Positions 1 through 14,517 of a stretch of DNA of 64,000 nucleotides are shown piece after piece (the stretch's first letter is position 1; each line of letters starts with the position of its first letter). The notes beneath the pieces are model-generated. The model did no database searches. It was not told the origin of the DNA and saw only the letters and a list, made by a program, of their open reading frames with translations. A program made the translations under genes and the position numbers. Where the stretch lies: contig JAUCBJ010006988.1 of the NCBI GenBank assembly GCA_032718475.1, positions 62,001 to 126,000 on the forward strand, read 5' to 3'. Source of the DNA: Nemertoderma westbladi (taxonomy: Eukaryota; Animalia; Xenacoelomorpha).

Positions 1-542
1 TTGGGAGTAATCCGCTGTTACTTACAACAATTTTCCCCCTTGGGAGGGATGGATTTTAATTGGGTAGATTAGATTAAAGAAGTGTTTCAAACGTGCCTAA
101 ATCATGGAGCAAATTTGGTCTCTTCGGAGAGGCAGTTCAGTAATATTTAGGTAACAGAATGTTTTTTAAAGTAATACTATATTATTTTGATATTAGTCTA
201 TACTGTTTATTATATTATATAGCGAAATATTATTTAATATCTTAAAAAGTGAGAGGGGCTCCCAAATTCCTCTCAGTCCCGGGTCCAAATATGGCTTAAT
301 CCGGCCCAGATGATAGCCATATGTAAATTGTGCAGGAAATTGCGGGATTTATGCATCCGTGGGTTATCATTTGTAAGAATCGTGAAACTTTCTGTAATCA
401 TTTTTGTAACTCAAATAGGATGTGAATTCATATTTTATCAAATTTATTGATATCAGATTCTAGGTCTACCAGTCGAAGAACTTTACGTAATATTGCAACG
501 GAGTGCGGAATATTGGATGTATCTAATTTAAATCCTGATGTA

Positions 543-1381
543 ATATGTGGCTGGCCACGAGAAAAGGGACCTTATGTCGCAAAACCTGATTCTGAGTTAA
601 TCGCGTTTAAAGTTTCCCTCTATTTTTGAACAAATTTAATTGGATTATCAATTTAGAAATGTATAAAACGATGAGGGAAATTCAAATTGGTTCTGATATT
701 CAATATACCTAGGAAATAACTAATTACAGGAAGCAATATAAGATGTTGCAGTGTTGTATACAACACTGTCTTAGGGTTTTCATGTCTGAATTTAGGACTG
801 TAATAAATTGAAATTGTAATACTGTAATAGGTAGCTGTACTGTAGGCCTACAGTTATTTTTTAAATGTAATATGGCTGTCATTTTCTTAATTTAAATTCG
901 TTAGTTCTTAAATTTTGTAATCCCAATAAAGAATTCAAAATACAAATAATTTTAAATTTTGTTAAAAAAATTTATCTTTTTGAAAAAATTTTAAATTAAA
1001 AAGAAAAATTTTTTTGGTTACATGTTTTTTTGAAAATTTTTTAAAATAGTTCATGAACAATATTAATACTTTCAAAGTGTTAAAAGTTGTATAAAAAGCC
1101 GAATAACATTGAACTGCCTAACTATATAGTAAGAATTGCTATGATATTATTAATATTTTCAATTTTTTTAAATAATCGCTTATTATAACCGCTATTAATA
1201 AAAATTTTTTTGCTACCCGATTCACCTTCACATAAATCGATATAACTTTTTTTTGGAAATAGATATTGAGACACCGTTTTTTTTGTTAAAATCTCTGGAA
1301 AATTCTGCATCTCATAGGCCTAATAACTCAAAATCGACCTCCGGTGACATAAGGTCCCTTTTCTCGTGGCCAGCCACATAT
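543..1381. mobile_element. Non-autonomous DNA transposon (MITE), superfamily unassigned
   Basis: About 37-bp terminal inverted repeats: ATATGTGGCTGGCCACGAGAAAAGGGACCTTATGTC at 543 and GACATAAGGTCCCTTTTCTCGTGGCCAGCCACATAT ending 1381; AT-rich non-coding interior. Confidence 0.8.
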
Positions 1382-4300
1382 GTAAACAATTACAATATGC
1401 GCGCATTCCGTTGAATAATGAATGGAAGGTTGATTGTTGTAGAGAGTTAATTGACTCAATAACAGGTTATTCTGGTGATACCGGGGTTCTCAGTTTAGTT
1501 TGTACTGTTTATAATTAGCCCAAACTTTTCTTTTTTTATTTTCTTTTGTTCTCTCTTTTAATTTTGTAGTCAAAGTGTAACATATTTTCATATTTACGTA
1601 TTTGTACGAATATAAGAAGTAAATGAAAATAAATAAATTAGCTTCCGAAAATTATACCTTTACGACAAAGACGATACACAATACACATAGACGATAGACT
1701 TAGGGAAAAACTGACCGTTCGCTATAGTCCACCGCTCTTACTCGCCGCACAACCTGCAAAAGTTCAGATATTCGCTGTCACAAAGGAGCAATAAATGTCA
1801 TACACTCTCAACACCCGTCCCTCCCGTCTTATCATATTCTGTTTACTTCTACAAAATATTGCGATGTTCGTAATTGGTTTAGTTGACATGAAATATGTTA
1901 GAATAAGCTATAAACTTTTATTACTGTATGATGCGTGACCTAAATTAATGGCACACAAGAGTATTGTAGCCTAGATAGTTAGTATTATAACCTGTGGATG
2001 AGACGGGGGGAGGGGGGCTGGACGCAATAATGGGGAAATAATATCTCACCTCAATGTTAAATTCCAAAATTTATGGAAAGCAGCAGGTTACAGTGGTACG
2101 ATATTCTAACAAAAATGAGAATGTAAGTGTCTGAGGTCCTGAGTGTCTGTGTCTGGGGCAAGTGGCTGAACTGGTTATTTATCGCTACTGTTAAGTAGGA
2201 AACGAAACGTACGTATAGCCGTGGTTCAACCCCCCGGAACGTGTTTCCTCGTTTTTTGCATTTCTGAACGAAACCATAATATTATAACAAAAAGAAACTA
2301 TAAACCAATTTAACACGTTAGTGGGGGCTTTGCGCAAGTTGAAGCTTATCATATGGGTATTCCAAATGGGTACCACTAATTCAACCGTTCCTAGTCGCCC
2401 TCTAGCGCGTGACTGGGAGTACCCCCTCGCAAATCTGTTCGGAATTTTGACAGACTTGTGTCTGTCAAAGTTAAATTTCATCAAAGATTGACCGAGTTGT
2501 TAGCCTTCAAATAATTGAAGACAGAGAGACCGACACACAACGGTTGAATAAACATCGGTACCCGTATGCTAGGCCGAATTACTTAGTCGCTCGCCCCAAA
2601 GACACTAATGATTGCATTAATGTTGCTGAATAATCAAAATAAATAATTCTTATTTTTATAAACAATTAACAAATCCCATAGACGCAAAAAATAATAGAAA
2701 TATTAAAACCACAAATGTTGTCAATGTTTTCTCCCGCCGGGAATTAAAGTGCAATATGAATCCGGAAATTTGTTCTAAAGAGCGAAACAGAAATCTAATT
2801 TTAGGCATATAGAATATTTTATTTACCTCCTCATCCCTCGATAACTTAATGCAAATTTTATTAAATGTATATGGGGCTAATATATATGGGGCTAATATAT
2901 ATGGGGCTAATATATAGTTATAATTAGATTTACAGATTTTTATTGATTGCATTTGTAGGCATTATATCGGTGCAGCCTCATTTCCAGGCCGGTGTTGAGA
3001 AGAATAAATCAATGATTAATTGCTATTATTTACTTTAATATCAAACTTGTTGTAGAATAATATTCAACATCCCTCGCCATACGCACTCTCTCACACACAG
3101 GCCCCTCAATTTGTACTTGCTGAGAGATATTTTCACGTCTACTGGTATGTAAATCATGCATCTTTAACTATTATTGGTAACTATTGTAAATACGGTACCA
3201 TAGTAGTCTACAATAATATAAAATAAATAAATTGGAGTTTGAGCTGTTAATGCAACTGAAACGTACGTATAGCGCTGGTTCAACCCCCGGTGACGCGCTT
3301 TCTCATTTTTTCAATTTCTGAACAAAACCACAATATACCATAATATAGGCCTATCTATCTATATATCATTAATTAATTAAATATCACTCACCAGATTGAG
3401 AATATTCAATTACGTCTCTTTCTATCCAAACGCAATATATTATATGCCGGTCCCAGCAACGTTGACCTTTCAATAATCACCCTCGGGTCAAGGGATATGT
3501 GAAGCGCACACTTGACAACCCATCCTATGTCACATCTGACATTGTGAATAATTTATGATATTGGTTGTATAGTAAGGACGAATAAGATAGCTATAGTTCA
3601 TTATAGTGGCACACAGCAGAACTAAGGAATATGATACTGATGTAGTAGCACAGCATGTGTAGTGTGTACACCATGTCCTGGAACTGGAATATAGTGTAGT
3701 TCATTAGAATGTTGCATGTATTTGCTTCCACTTCAGGCCATTTTATTATATTTAATAAATGCACAATATTCTGAAACATTTTGTTTATCTCATAAGTAGC
3801 TGGCAACAATGCAATGCCTATATGATATTACATAACCAAAATGTTCTAGAACATGATGTATTAATTAAATAGCCTGCATCAGTGGAAACAAATGCATGCA
3901 ACTTTCGTATGCCCATATCTCAGTTATTTCAAAAGATAAATTCAAATATTTGTACATGTTTTGGAATCCTTGCACGGCCAGCTTCCCACTCCACTAGTAC
4001 CAACAAATCACTATAAGGTTGAAGAATAACTGTGCTCTAACAGGTGCAATATCGACGGAGACACATTTTTTAAACGGTTGAAGCTAAAGAATGAAGGCAT
4101 AATGAAAATTGTGGCTCAACTACTAAGGAGGAGTGAGATGAAACTATCTCTGTTTCAAATTTCATGCAATCTCATTACGATTTGTTGAAAACAATTTTTT
4201 TTTGGAGGGGGGGTCTTATGTACGTCGTACCAGAATAACGACACTATATTCCAGGACATGCTGTACTACGTATCTATTTGTAGAGATTAGATTGTAGATT

Positions 4301-5120
4301 ATATACATCTTATTTACTTTATATCAAAATAAAGTATAAAAAGTTAATATTTGATATTTATTTAATTCCGTTACCACATAACATAATAATACAAACATAA
4401 TAATAATTAACACCTGTGATTGATGAATATTGATATTGGTGTTAGTGTTAGTAGCGGCCGATTTATTGTAGGTAGGGCAGTAGCTAGCAAAGCTAGTGTA
4501 TAGCTACTACTTGACCTGGAAGTTATATGGAAGCGATTTATTCCAAAGTTTAAACATTTACCTAAGGCAGCAGCACCCATGTGAAGATACCAGGTTTTAA
4601 CTTTTTAGTCGAAATTTTATTAAAAATATGTTGCAAATCTTTATTGCTCTAAAGATTGATATTATAAAAGTTGTGGAATTCCACCAAAGACTGTAAACTG
4701 TTATATAAAACCGGGTTACACGGTAACCCCGGGTTACACATGCTGTTCTTGTTTTTACAATTTTCGAATAATATAACGAGGGTACTTTTTAAGAAGTTTA
4801 TTACAGTGTAAAAATTATTCGAATTATTACACTACTACAGACAGTAGATACAATTCATAATTTCATCATTAATTATAGTAAATTTATTGAATAAAAATAT
4901 TCTACGTTAGTAGGACTTCAGGTATTACTGCATGTACAGGACAGTAGCCTATATTGCTTTTAAAATTAAGAAAACAAAAGCTTTACTGAATGGTAAAAAC
5001 TTATAAAGTATATTTAACTTGATTGTTAAAGGTAGCAAATAAATATATAAAAATGTGAAAATACAAGACCAGATTCTTATAGTTTGATGATAGTAAAATC
5101 ATTTACTATTATAAAAAACA

Positions 5121-5161
5121 AGCAGTGGGTACACCACTGCTGCAGTGGTGTACCCACTGCT
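5121..5161. repeat. Perfect palindrome, 20-bp arms with 1-nt spacer
   Basis: AGCAGTGGGTACACCACTGC-T-GCAGTGGTGTACCCACTGCT. Confidence 0.95.
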
Positions 5162-5280
5162 GGTACATGGATAGTTGAGTCTGAATGGCTGCATGTGGCT
5201 AAGATATTATTATTCATATAGTGGGCCTACATCTGGTGACAATATGACCATGACACCCCTTATATAAAATTATAATTTAC

Positions 5281-5385
5281 GTTGGGCATTGGCTGAAGCT
5301 ACGTAACTTCGGTATGGGCACCAAGGTGGGATCGAACTGGTGACCCCCAGGTCGGAAGTCTGGCGCCCTACCCTTCTATCTGCAA
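5281..5385 (-). mobile_element. tRNA-derived SINE head remnant
   Basis: Minus strand reads GGGTAGGGCGCCAGACTTCCGACCTGGGGGTCACCAGTTCGATCCCACC: degenerate D-arm, anticodon-like stem and B box GTTCGATCC, with no intact acceptor stem. Confidence 0.5.
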
Positions 5386-6174
5386 TTTACCTACTTATGG
5401 TCGTTCTCCCGTCTATCAATACCATTCTATTTATCCATTATGCTCATCTGAACCGCAATGTAGGCTACATCAGAGTCTGACAGTTTATGTGTTAATGCAC
5501 ACAGCATATGTGTTGTATATGTATTGATTAATATGAAATTGGTTAGCGATTTCCTTCAAAGATGCGCCATGACTACGACACCCTAGAAGCCCATGATGTT
5601 CAAACCAAATTAGAGTTAAGTTGATAATACAACAGTAAATACATATGGAAAGTACGATAATGACGTAAAAATAATACGTTCCGTGTGTAAACCAAACCAT
5701 TTGTTTGTCACTATTAGGCCTATTATAATATACTGTACAGAAATATAATAATTTGATAATTATAGTATTATATATAGTAACTAGTAACTAATTACGAAGT
5801 TAGTGTCATTATAGATCACTCTAATATTGTCGTTTACTTTTCATATTGATTAAATGTATAACTACATAGTTACATATAAAATAATGTTCCTAATTATAAT
5901 TATTTATATATATTTAATAGTTTTTCCCGTAAATAAAATAAATGTAAATGGATAAAACAAAGATACATAATATGTATAAATACCGCCGTAGGCCATATTA
6001 TAATAGAATTATTACACAACTGAATAGTTCAAAAGCAACATAGCTATGTAAGATAATCAATATTGTCAGAAACGCCATATGCTTATTCAATCTTCATTTG
6101 ATTTCATGAGACTTCATGAATTTGATGCTTACGAGCCCTGGTTGTGGAAAATGTGAAGTAATCTACAAATTCAT

Positions 6175-7664
6175 GACGTCATACAACCAACTCGTCACAC
6201 AACCAACTTGTCACACAACCAATTCGTCACACAACCAACTCGTCACACAACCAACTCGTCACAGAACCAACTCGTCACACAACAAACTCTTCACACAACC
6301 AACTCGTCACACAACCAACTCGTCACACAACCAACTCGTCACACAACCAACTCGACACACAACCACCTCGTCACACAACCAACTCGTCACACAACCAACT
6401 CGTCACACAACCAACTCGTCACACAACCAACTCGTCACACAACCAACTCGTCACACAACCAACTCGTCACACAACCAACTCGTCACACAACCAACTCGTC
6501 ACACAACCAACTCGTCACACAACCAACTCGTCACACAACCAACTCGTCACACAACCAACTCGTCACACAACCAACTCGTCACACAACCAACTCGTCACAC
6601 AACCAACTCGTCACACAACCAACTCGTCACACAACCAACTCGTCACACAACCAACTCGTCACACAACCAACTCGTCACACAACCAACTCGTCACACAACC
6701 AACTCGTCACACAACCAATTCGTCACACAACCAACTCGTCACACAACCAACTCGTCACACAACCAACTCGCCAAACAACCAACTCGTCACACAACCAACT
6801 CGTCACACAACCAACTCGTCACACAACCAACTCGTCACACAACCAACTCGTCACACAACCAACTCGTCACACAACCAACTCGTCACACAACCAACTCGTC
6901 ACACAACCAACTCGTCACACAACCAACTCGTCACACAACCAACTCGTCACACAACCAACTCGTCACACAACCAACTCGTCACACAACCAACTCGTCACAC
7001 AACCAACTCGTCACACAACCAACTCGCCACACAACCAACTCGTCACACAACCAACTCGTCACACAACCAACTCGTCACACAACCAACTCGTCACACAACC
7101 AACTCGTCACACAACCAACTCGTCACACAACCAACTCGTCACACAACCAACTCGTCACACAACCAACTCGTCACACAACCAACTCGTCACACAACCAACT
7201 CGTCACACAACCAACTCGTCACACAACCAACTCGTCACACAACCAACTCGTCACACAACCAACTCGTCACACAACCAACTCGTCACACAACCAACTCGTC
7301 ACACAACCAACTCGCCACACAACCAACTCGTCACACAACCAACTCGTCACACAACCAACTCGTCACACAACCAACTCGTCACACAACCAACTCGTCACAC
7401 AACCAACTCGTCACACAACCAACTCGTCACACAACCAACTCGTCACACAACCAACTCGTCACACAACCAACTCGTCACACAACCAACTCGTCACACAACC
7501 AACTCGTCACACAACCAACTCGTCACACAACCAACTCGTCACACAACCAACTCGCCACACAACCAACTCGTCACACAACCAACTCGTCACACAACCAACT
7601 CGTCACACAACCAACTCGTCACACAACCAACTCGCCACACAACCAACTCGTCACACAACCAACT
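6175..7664. repeat. Minisatellite, 16-bp unit AACCAACTCGTCACAC, about 93 copies
   Basis: Directly visible and nearly homogeneous; the 16-aa periodic ORFs correspond to 3 units (48 bp). Confidence 0.98.
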
Positions 7665-10458
7665 GAATGGTTTATTAACTAAACTGACAATGATTATATC
7701 GGAATAACTATGTAATGCTTGTGTGTTAAGCAGCACATCAAGTGCGTTTTTTCAAGAACGATGGTCGCATTTGGGACGGCAAGATAATAAAGATACAGTG
7801 TAACAAATATGAGTTGTCGTATTCTAAAATATGATGACAAGTTAATTGTTTAGTTTTCTACGGGCATGGCTAGTCCCTTTTAATGGATTGATTAACGAGG
7901 TATTAATTCGCCGAAGTAGGATTTGTGTCAATAAGTGTCCCCCCCCCCCCCCCCCCCCCCTCCCTGTCACGATTAGGGCTATTTAATTGTTTAAGGATAA
8001 AAATACATGTCGACATGAAGTCGGTAAAATAGGATAAGATTATTACACGAATACTAATGATAATACACAGGATAGTTGTTATTTACAATGTAATTAATAT
8101 AGGCTGGGCGAGCCGCAAAATTATTCGCTCACTAGTACTACTACTACATGGAATTTTGGAAATTTGAATTTCTTTGAAATATTAAAATTTGCCATTTGCA
8201 CTTAAAAGTAAGTAAGGACGAAATTATAATAAAGTAGAACGGTCAATTTACTGTAATAAACTTTCATGTGTGGAAAATGTTTGATTTATCACAAACTGAA
8301 AGCAAATATACAAAGTAAAAATAAAACTTATAGTGTATAACTAGTACAACGCTAATATTATATATGTTTTTTTATGTAAATTAAAAAAATATAAATAATA
8401 AACTCCGCTGAATCTGAACTTGACCTGATTTCATTTTAAAAAGAAACAAACAATACTTGTCTAGGCCAGAATTCAATCAAAGGTAACTAACTACCTACAA
8501 AGACAATGAAATTGCTCATCAATAAATTAACTTAGTTCTAACTAGCGTATATTATTTTCTCAATAAAAATATTCACACAATAGTATTGCTATATAAACGG
8601 TTATGCAGGACTATTAATTGATAGCTAATGGACGGATGGTAGGATTAATAAGCTCTTGAGAAATAGGACACAGTTAGGAATCTATCTGTGGAATAATTCC
8701 GTTCAGTTTTAAGCAAACAGTGCGGCTTTAGCCAGGCGGCAGTGATGCTTGCACATGGTGTGGCCCAGTTGCACAGTCAGAGTAGTGTGGAGCAGCCAGT
8801 AGGATGCGTTCAACCCAAGAGAGGCACAAGAATCCCGTTTATTTTAGACCAACCAGGAGTTGGAATCAAGGGACGTTGGTTGAACGAGGAGTTAGATAGC
8901 TGGGCAACATCAACCTATTGAGTTGGAGGAATAGAGAAGCAAGGGAGGAAACGAATGAAAGAAGAATCAGGGATAAAGATCAAATATTTAGATGGAAGCT
9001 TGACTATCAGAGTATTGGTTAGATGGGCCCACAACAAATCAACTTATTCATTCTTCGATCCACCATCACCCACAAACACTGAGAAATACAACCCACGCAA
9101 GCTGTTGTTATTGTTGATATATTATATAATGTATTTCAATATTTATTTAATGGGTGGGGGCCCTCGCTTTGAAAGTTAAGCCCGTATCTTAGTCTTTTAT
9201 CTACCACGCCGCTAGGATGCATAATAGGTTGCCCCGCAACGCAACTCCGACAGAGGTCGCGGTCAGCCCTGTAAATCTACCAGTCATCAGCATTATAGAG
9301 AACCGGTCTCTTTTAGTACGCGTTTCAGGATTGACATTATTGACTGGCCTTTAGATTTCCTCGCTCAATCACTTCAGTTCTACAATCCGAGTGGACGGCA
9401 AGACTCATCCGTTGTGTCTGCCGTGTGCTCCTGGGTTTTCACAATAAGATAATACCAAGGTTGTACAAAGCCTCGTTTATTAAGTAAGCATTGTGCTGGG
9501 GTGTGCTGTCTTCAGCTGTAAGATCCCTGCAGATTGTAATCCAAGTATACAGTCTGTATTTTGGCCATTATTGCGTCGAGAAATAATAATAATATTGGCT
9601 TATTAAAATAATATAAAATTAATAATTAAATAATAAAATAATTAATAATAATAAAATAATTAAAATAACATCGCGTACCTTCCACTCCACAGTGCCTATT
9701 TTTCCTCCATAATGACAGTAAATTCTACTGTACAACATCTTAATTAAACACAACATTCTATATAGATTACAGAAATAATAACTCCCCAGTGATAACTTGT
9801 GGCCTACGGTACTTGCGATCTTACAATAATGAGTAAGGGATAAGGGAAAGGTCCGACGCCAACGGGTTGTCTTTAACCAGCCTACCTGGCACTGACACGA
9901 GTGGAAATTATCCAAATCTGGGAGCATGTACTACATTATTAAACATATGACTGGGAGGGAATATATATCGGTTTTATGTGGATTTAATTGATGGTTGAGC
10001 TAGTACCATGCCGAGAGGAAGAGCAGGTGCAAAACTGAGGAATAATCTAGTGCAGCCCAGTCGTCGATTAGTTTGCGTTGCATTGAAACCCGAGCGTCCC
10101 TTATTGTACATTAAGACAGGAAGGTTCAGCTACACCGGGTATACAAATATTGTGAGCGATGATAAAGATCCGAGTCAATATATTATATTCCAGGATGAAG
10201 AAACTAAAAAATGTATCAAACTTACTACTAAAAATTACATTAATCATGGAATACTAAATATACACGGAACCGCATTAGTGTTATTTTTTCGGCCCCGAAA
10301 TTTTTTTCAATAAAATGGTAGTATATGCCATAGAAACCTCAGAAAAAAAATTTAAGCAAATTTGACCGGAGCGTTTCCATGGAAACCGGGCAAACATAAA
10401 ATTTCTAGGTTTTGCCATGAATTAATTATTTTTTCCATCTACTACCCTATTTATTTTT

Positions 10459-10836
10459 GGCAGTGATTTTTTATGTCCTTTTATTTGACTTTTTTTGTCC
10501 TTTTTTTTACGAATTATGCATAATGACTTTTGTTGTCCTTTTAATGACTTTTATTGTCCTTTTAATGACTTTTTATGTATGTATTTCTTCAAACTGTCAG
10601 ACTGCTGATTTCTGGACTGTCAGACAGTTGATTTCACTATGCCTGTGCCAAAACATTCCATGATTCCATGATTTATAGACTATGAGATAGATTTCCATAT
10701 GCGCCTGTGGTAAAAAGACTCTATATTTAATAGTTTGTGGTCGTTGTCGATAATCGATAACCACATGACGGAGCAAAACACTCATTTTATAGCCAAAAAC
10801 AATCACCAATTGATGGAAAGGAGCAGGTTAAGGCCG
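10459..10836. repeat. Interspersed repeat nested in the P-like element; inverted copy at about 47503-47860
   Basis: Near-identical reverse-complement match; both copies give the same spurious 70-aa ORF MVIVFGYKMS. Confidence 0.85.
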
Positions 10837-10899
10837 TTATTATATATATTATTAATATACATTGTATATATATATTATTATATATTATTATATAATTAT

Positions 10900-12263
10900 A
10901 CCCACTTTTGTTACGTGGTAAATAGCTAAAATTAACGAGGGGTATTTTAGAGGTATTTTGAGAAACAATAAAGTACGTCGTTGAGATCTTAAGGAAGTAA
11001 TTCAGTTTTAGATTTTCGGGGGAAATTTCATAAATCATAATTCCATCTTCAATTTCAACATCACACTTACACGCATGTACCTCTCTATTCTTAAAAACAT
11101 CCTCGTCTTCAATCCATTTCTTTATATTTCCCAACTGCCACTCCAATTTGTCTTCTTCAACTAATTTCTATTTTCGAGTAGGTTGTATAGTGTGGGATCA
11201 ACTTTTCGTTTAGTTGGTGACTTGCGTAGTGGAGATGTCAATGGCCCAACCAATGTAAATATTGATGGAATTGATTCCTTTTTGAGATTGGAACTTCGAA
11301 ACTGCAAATTTCTGTTCATCATAAAATCCTTCGGCTCGAAGTGAACTTTGCAAATTCGTCTTTATCGTAATCGAATTCTCGACCTAACAAAAATATTAAT
11401 CTAAAATAATTTATAGGGCTAGTGTTCCGCCCGTGCCAGTATTTATATTTCACATTGCAATGTAAACTAATTAGGCCTACTACTGAATACAAAAACTCGA
11501 TCAATAATCAATAACTCAATATCAAAACTCAATAATCAATTAATTTTTTACGAGCTAGTATCTTTTGAAACTATAAAAATGTTGAAATATTTGGCAATAA
11601 ATTGTTAAAAGTTGAAATCTGATTTTTTTTTAAATTACTAGCTAATTTAAAATTAAAAAATAACTATAGCTATATGTTCTAGATCATTTTATTTTTTATT
11701 TTATTCTAGAATAGTTAAATAACTTTTATATGGTGTTCTATAACTAATATTGAAGCCATAGTAACAATGATTAAGGAACATACGCATACGCACGGATAGC
11801 CGTTTTTTTTAACTAGCTAGTAATTTTTGAAATTATAAAAAAATGTGAAAACATTGATTCTAGAATGTTTTCCAATATTAAAAAAACACTAAATAAAATA
11901 TTATTTTTTTTATTTTCAAAAATACTAGCTAGTGAAAAAAATACTACTAGATGTCAGAAAAAATGTCTACTAAGGTTCTAGAACAATCACCAATGTTCTA
12001 GAACATAATAAAATGCAATAAAACCAAATAAAAAGAAATACAAATTTTATAAATTTGCTGTACCATGGCTACACACATACTATAGTAGTACCAAATAGAT
12101 AACATGTCGTAGAACATTTCATGCATGATATAATAATAAAATCCTTACCTGGCGTATTCAGCCCCTGACGAATCGCTTGTTTCCATTCATTGCAAACAGC
12201 AACATCAATAGGAAACCGGTGCAAATGGTCTTTTGACTTGCATACTAAACAAGTACGTGGCAT
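10900..12263 (-). pseudogene. Spliced THAP zinc-finger transposase N-terminus, frameshifted and truncated
   Basis: Exon 1 MPRTCLVC...LHRFP...EWKQAI ends at donor G/GTAAGG near 12149. Exon 2 follows TTGTTAG near 11383 and gives RICKVHFEPKDF...NLKKESIPSIF (THAP CxxHF and AVPTIF box) after a 1-nt frameshift. No catalytic domain seen. Confidence 0.75.
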
Positions 12264-12904
12264 GATGTAGATAGTTCACTATGTGTAGCCAGTGAAGTAC
12301 AGTAGTGTAGGCCCTACTGTGTAGGGACTAAAGGTTACTGGTACTAGTGATGTACTGGTTAATTGTAATCGAAAAATTATCGGTTAATATTGTTTTAAAA
12401 TAGTGCAGCTGTAGCTACAGTAGTTGTGGTAATAATAATATTGTTGACAAACCAAAGCATCAATATTACAACAGCGCAGTTCAAGAATAATGGCACTACT
12501 ACTTGTTGCCATAGAAATATATCGCAAATAAGCTTAAATCGCCCCCAACACTGCATTTTTCTTGTTGGCAAATATGAAAACTTTGACGGATTATATCTCG
12601 AGAACGCTCCGGTCGAATTTGCTTAAATTTTTTTTCTGGGGTTTCTATGGCATATACTACCACTTTATTGAAAAAAATATCGGGGTCGAAAAAATAACAC
12701 TAATGCGGTTCCGTCTATATTTAGTATTCCATGCATTAATTTAACAAATCAAAGCAAAATACATAATCCCTTAGGGCTTAGTATTTTTTTTATATACTGA
12801 TAGCTTTTATGTTATTCATTTCTTACGTTTAAAATTTATTATATTTATATATATCATTTCAAGAGAGCATTATTGGATAATCCAATAATTTTCAAGAGAC
12901 CTGT

Positions 12905-13195
12905 GTGGCTGGCGTGTTGGCAAAGTTATATGATCAACTGCGATGTGATCCCGACCACAGATATTTGCGAATTATAATCACATTTCCGTCCATTGGTGAT
13001 GGAAAGACCCGAAAATGTAGCACCAAGTTTAGAAAACGGATTGGAGCGAAGGAAAAACTGCTAGTGCCACTGCGGTGGTACAGCGTACAGTGTAATATAA
13101 TATTGGGTGGCAACACACGCTAATATTATACTTTGATTATTTTTGTATTTTTTAAAGAATTGATCATGCATCTTGCATCTCTAGTGGACGGCCTC
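12905..13195 (+). mobile_element. PIF/Harbinger transposase remnant with possible terminus
   Basis: YLRI...STKFRKRIGAKEKLLVPLR resembles the Harbinger N-terminal motif T.FR..I...E.L..TLR; followed by GCATCTT repeats and CTAGTGGACGGCC. Confidence 0.5.
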
Positions 13196-13381
13196 CCATA
13201 GTCTACCGTTGCATTCTATAATTCAAGATGCAAGATGCAAAAATAGAACATCGATGATGTCCTATTTGCATCTTGCATCTTGTATCGCGCATCTTGCAAC
13301 TCTAGTGTGCGTGGTCTGATAGGAAATAATGTATTCTAAAAAAAATTTGAATCTTGCATCTTAGGATTTAGTATTGTACAT

Positions 13382-13708
13382 GTTCCACCTTGGCAAAGTG
13401 GTTAAATCCATTGCATTGAATTTACATCCCTCCGGAGGTCATGGGTTCGAACCCCGCATGGGGGTCAGGGAAGTTTTCGTTTCGGCACGAATGCTTTCAA
13501 GGGAATACTGTAGTAAGTGCGCATCTCTGTCTTGCATCCTTAAGTGGTAGCTAAATGAGTACTGGAGTTTCCTCTGGGGAGTAAAGTTCTGGGGGGACCG
13601 CACTGTAAATAAGTCGCAAGACTTTGTGGGTTGTGGGTAATCCATATAATGTAATAACCGTAATGGATATATATAAAAACACATAATATATATGTATATA
13701 TATATATA
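13382..13708 (+). mobile_element. tRNA-derived SINE
   Basis: A box TGGCAAAGTGG (13391), B box GGTTCGAACCC (13444), non-tRNA body and TA-repeat tail. Confidence 0.75.
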
Positions 13709-14517
13709 CGTACAGTAGATGCACCTTTAAAAAACCGCGGGAATATATATAATGAATTGATACGATAAATGATTAACATATATAAGGTACTCTGCACCTG
13801 GTACTACTACTAGGTACTACTGTATTAGCTTAACATGTTCGCGCATAAATTTATTTAATTTAATTTGATGTTTCGCACCAAATCCCTTTTACTGGACATA
13901 TAGGCTATATCTTGCACAACCTCTCGCATTTATTTCACTTTAACACGGATCTAATGAATTGATATTGGAACATCTATTTACCTTTGTGAGATGTGTGAGA
14001 ATTACTCAAACTGCTTTCTGACCATGCTTTCAATCCTGTGCTGTTCGATCTATACAATAGATCGCCACTCATCCAAATATTTTCCTCCATTGTTAGACAT
14101 AACCATTGTAATGTCGCCATCCTTTATGCCACTTTCACACACATATTGCACAAATTTCCACAACACGGTTGTCATATTATCACATATTTTAAATTAATTG
14201 AATATGAAATAAGTTTAATAAGTTTAATCTGTATTAGAGGTGCAAATATTTCATTCTTTATTAGCGATAACTCAAATCGGACGTGGTTCTTTAATACTTA
14301 TCACTCACTACCAGGCTGTAAATGAGTATAAGATTGAATTTAAGCTTCCATCATTGCGGATGTTTATTTATTTATACTGCTAAGCTCCTGCACTGGCACC
14401 AGTGTGTGCGGTTGCAAGTCCATTTTTTATATCCTGCATTATGTGGGGGTAGTGTAAAGTGCAAGTTTGCAGCAGTTTATAGGTCTTGTCAGCTATGCCA
14501 GCTTGTCGACAAAATTG

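Larger units (their letters stand above)
10245..12733 (-). mobile_element. P-superfamily-like DNA transposon, internally deleted
   Basis: Inverted ends over 130 bp beginning CATGGAATACTAAATAT; 7-bp target duplication CATTAAT (10238-10244, 12734-12740); encloses a THAP-domain coding remnant. Confidence 0.8.

Noticed and set aside
6116-7707. 516-aa and 499-aa repetitive ORFs
   Set aside because: By-products of a stop-free 16-bp repeat; every + frame gives the same peptide
8640-9100. Possible decayed LINE endonuclease fragment on the minus strand
   Set aside because: Coding-like composition, but no motif could be recovered with confidence
13382-13466. tRNA gene
   Set aside because: A and B boxes are present but there is no proper cloverleaf, and the sequence continues into a SINE body and tail
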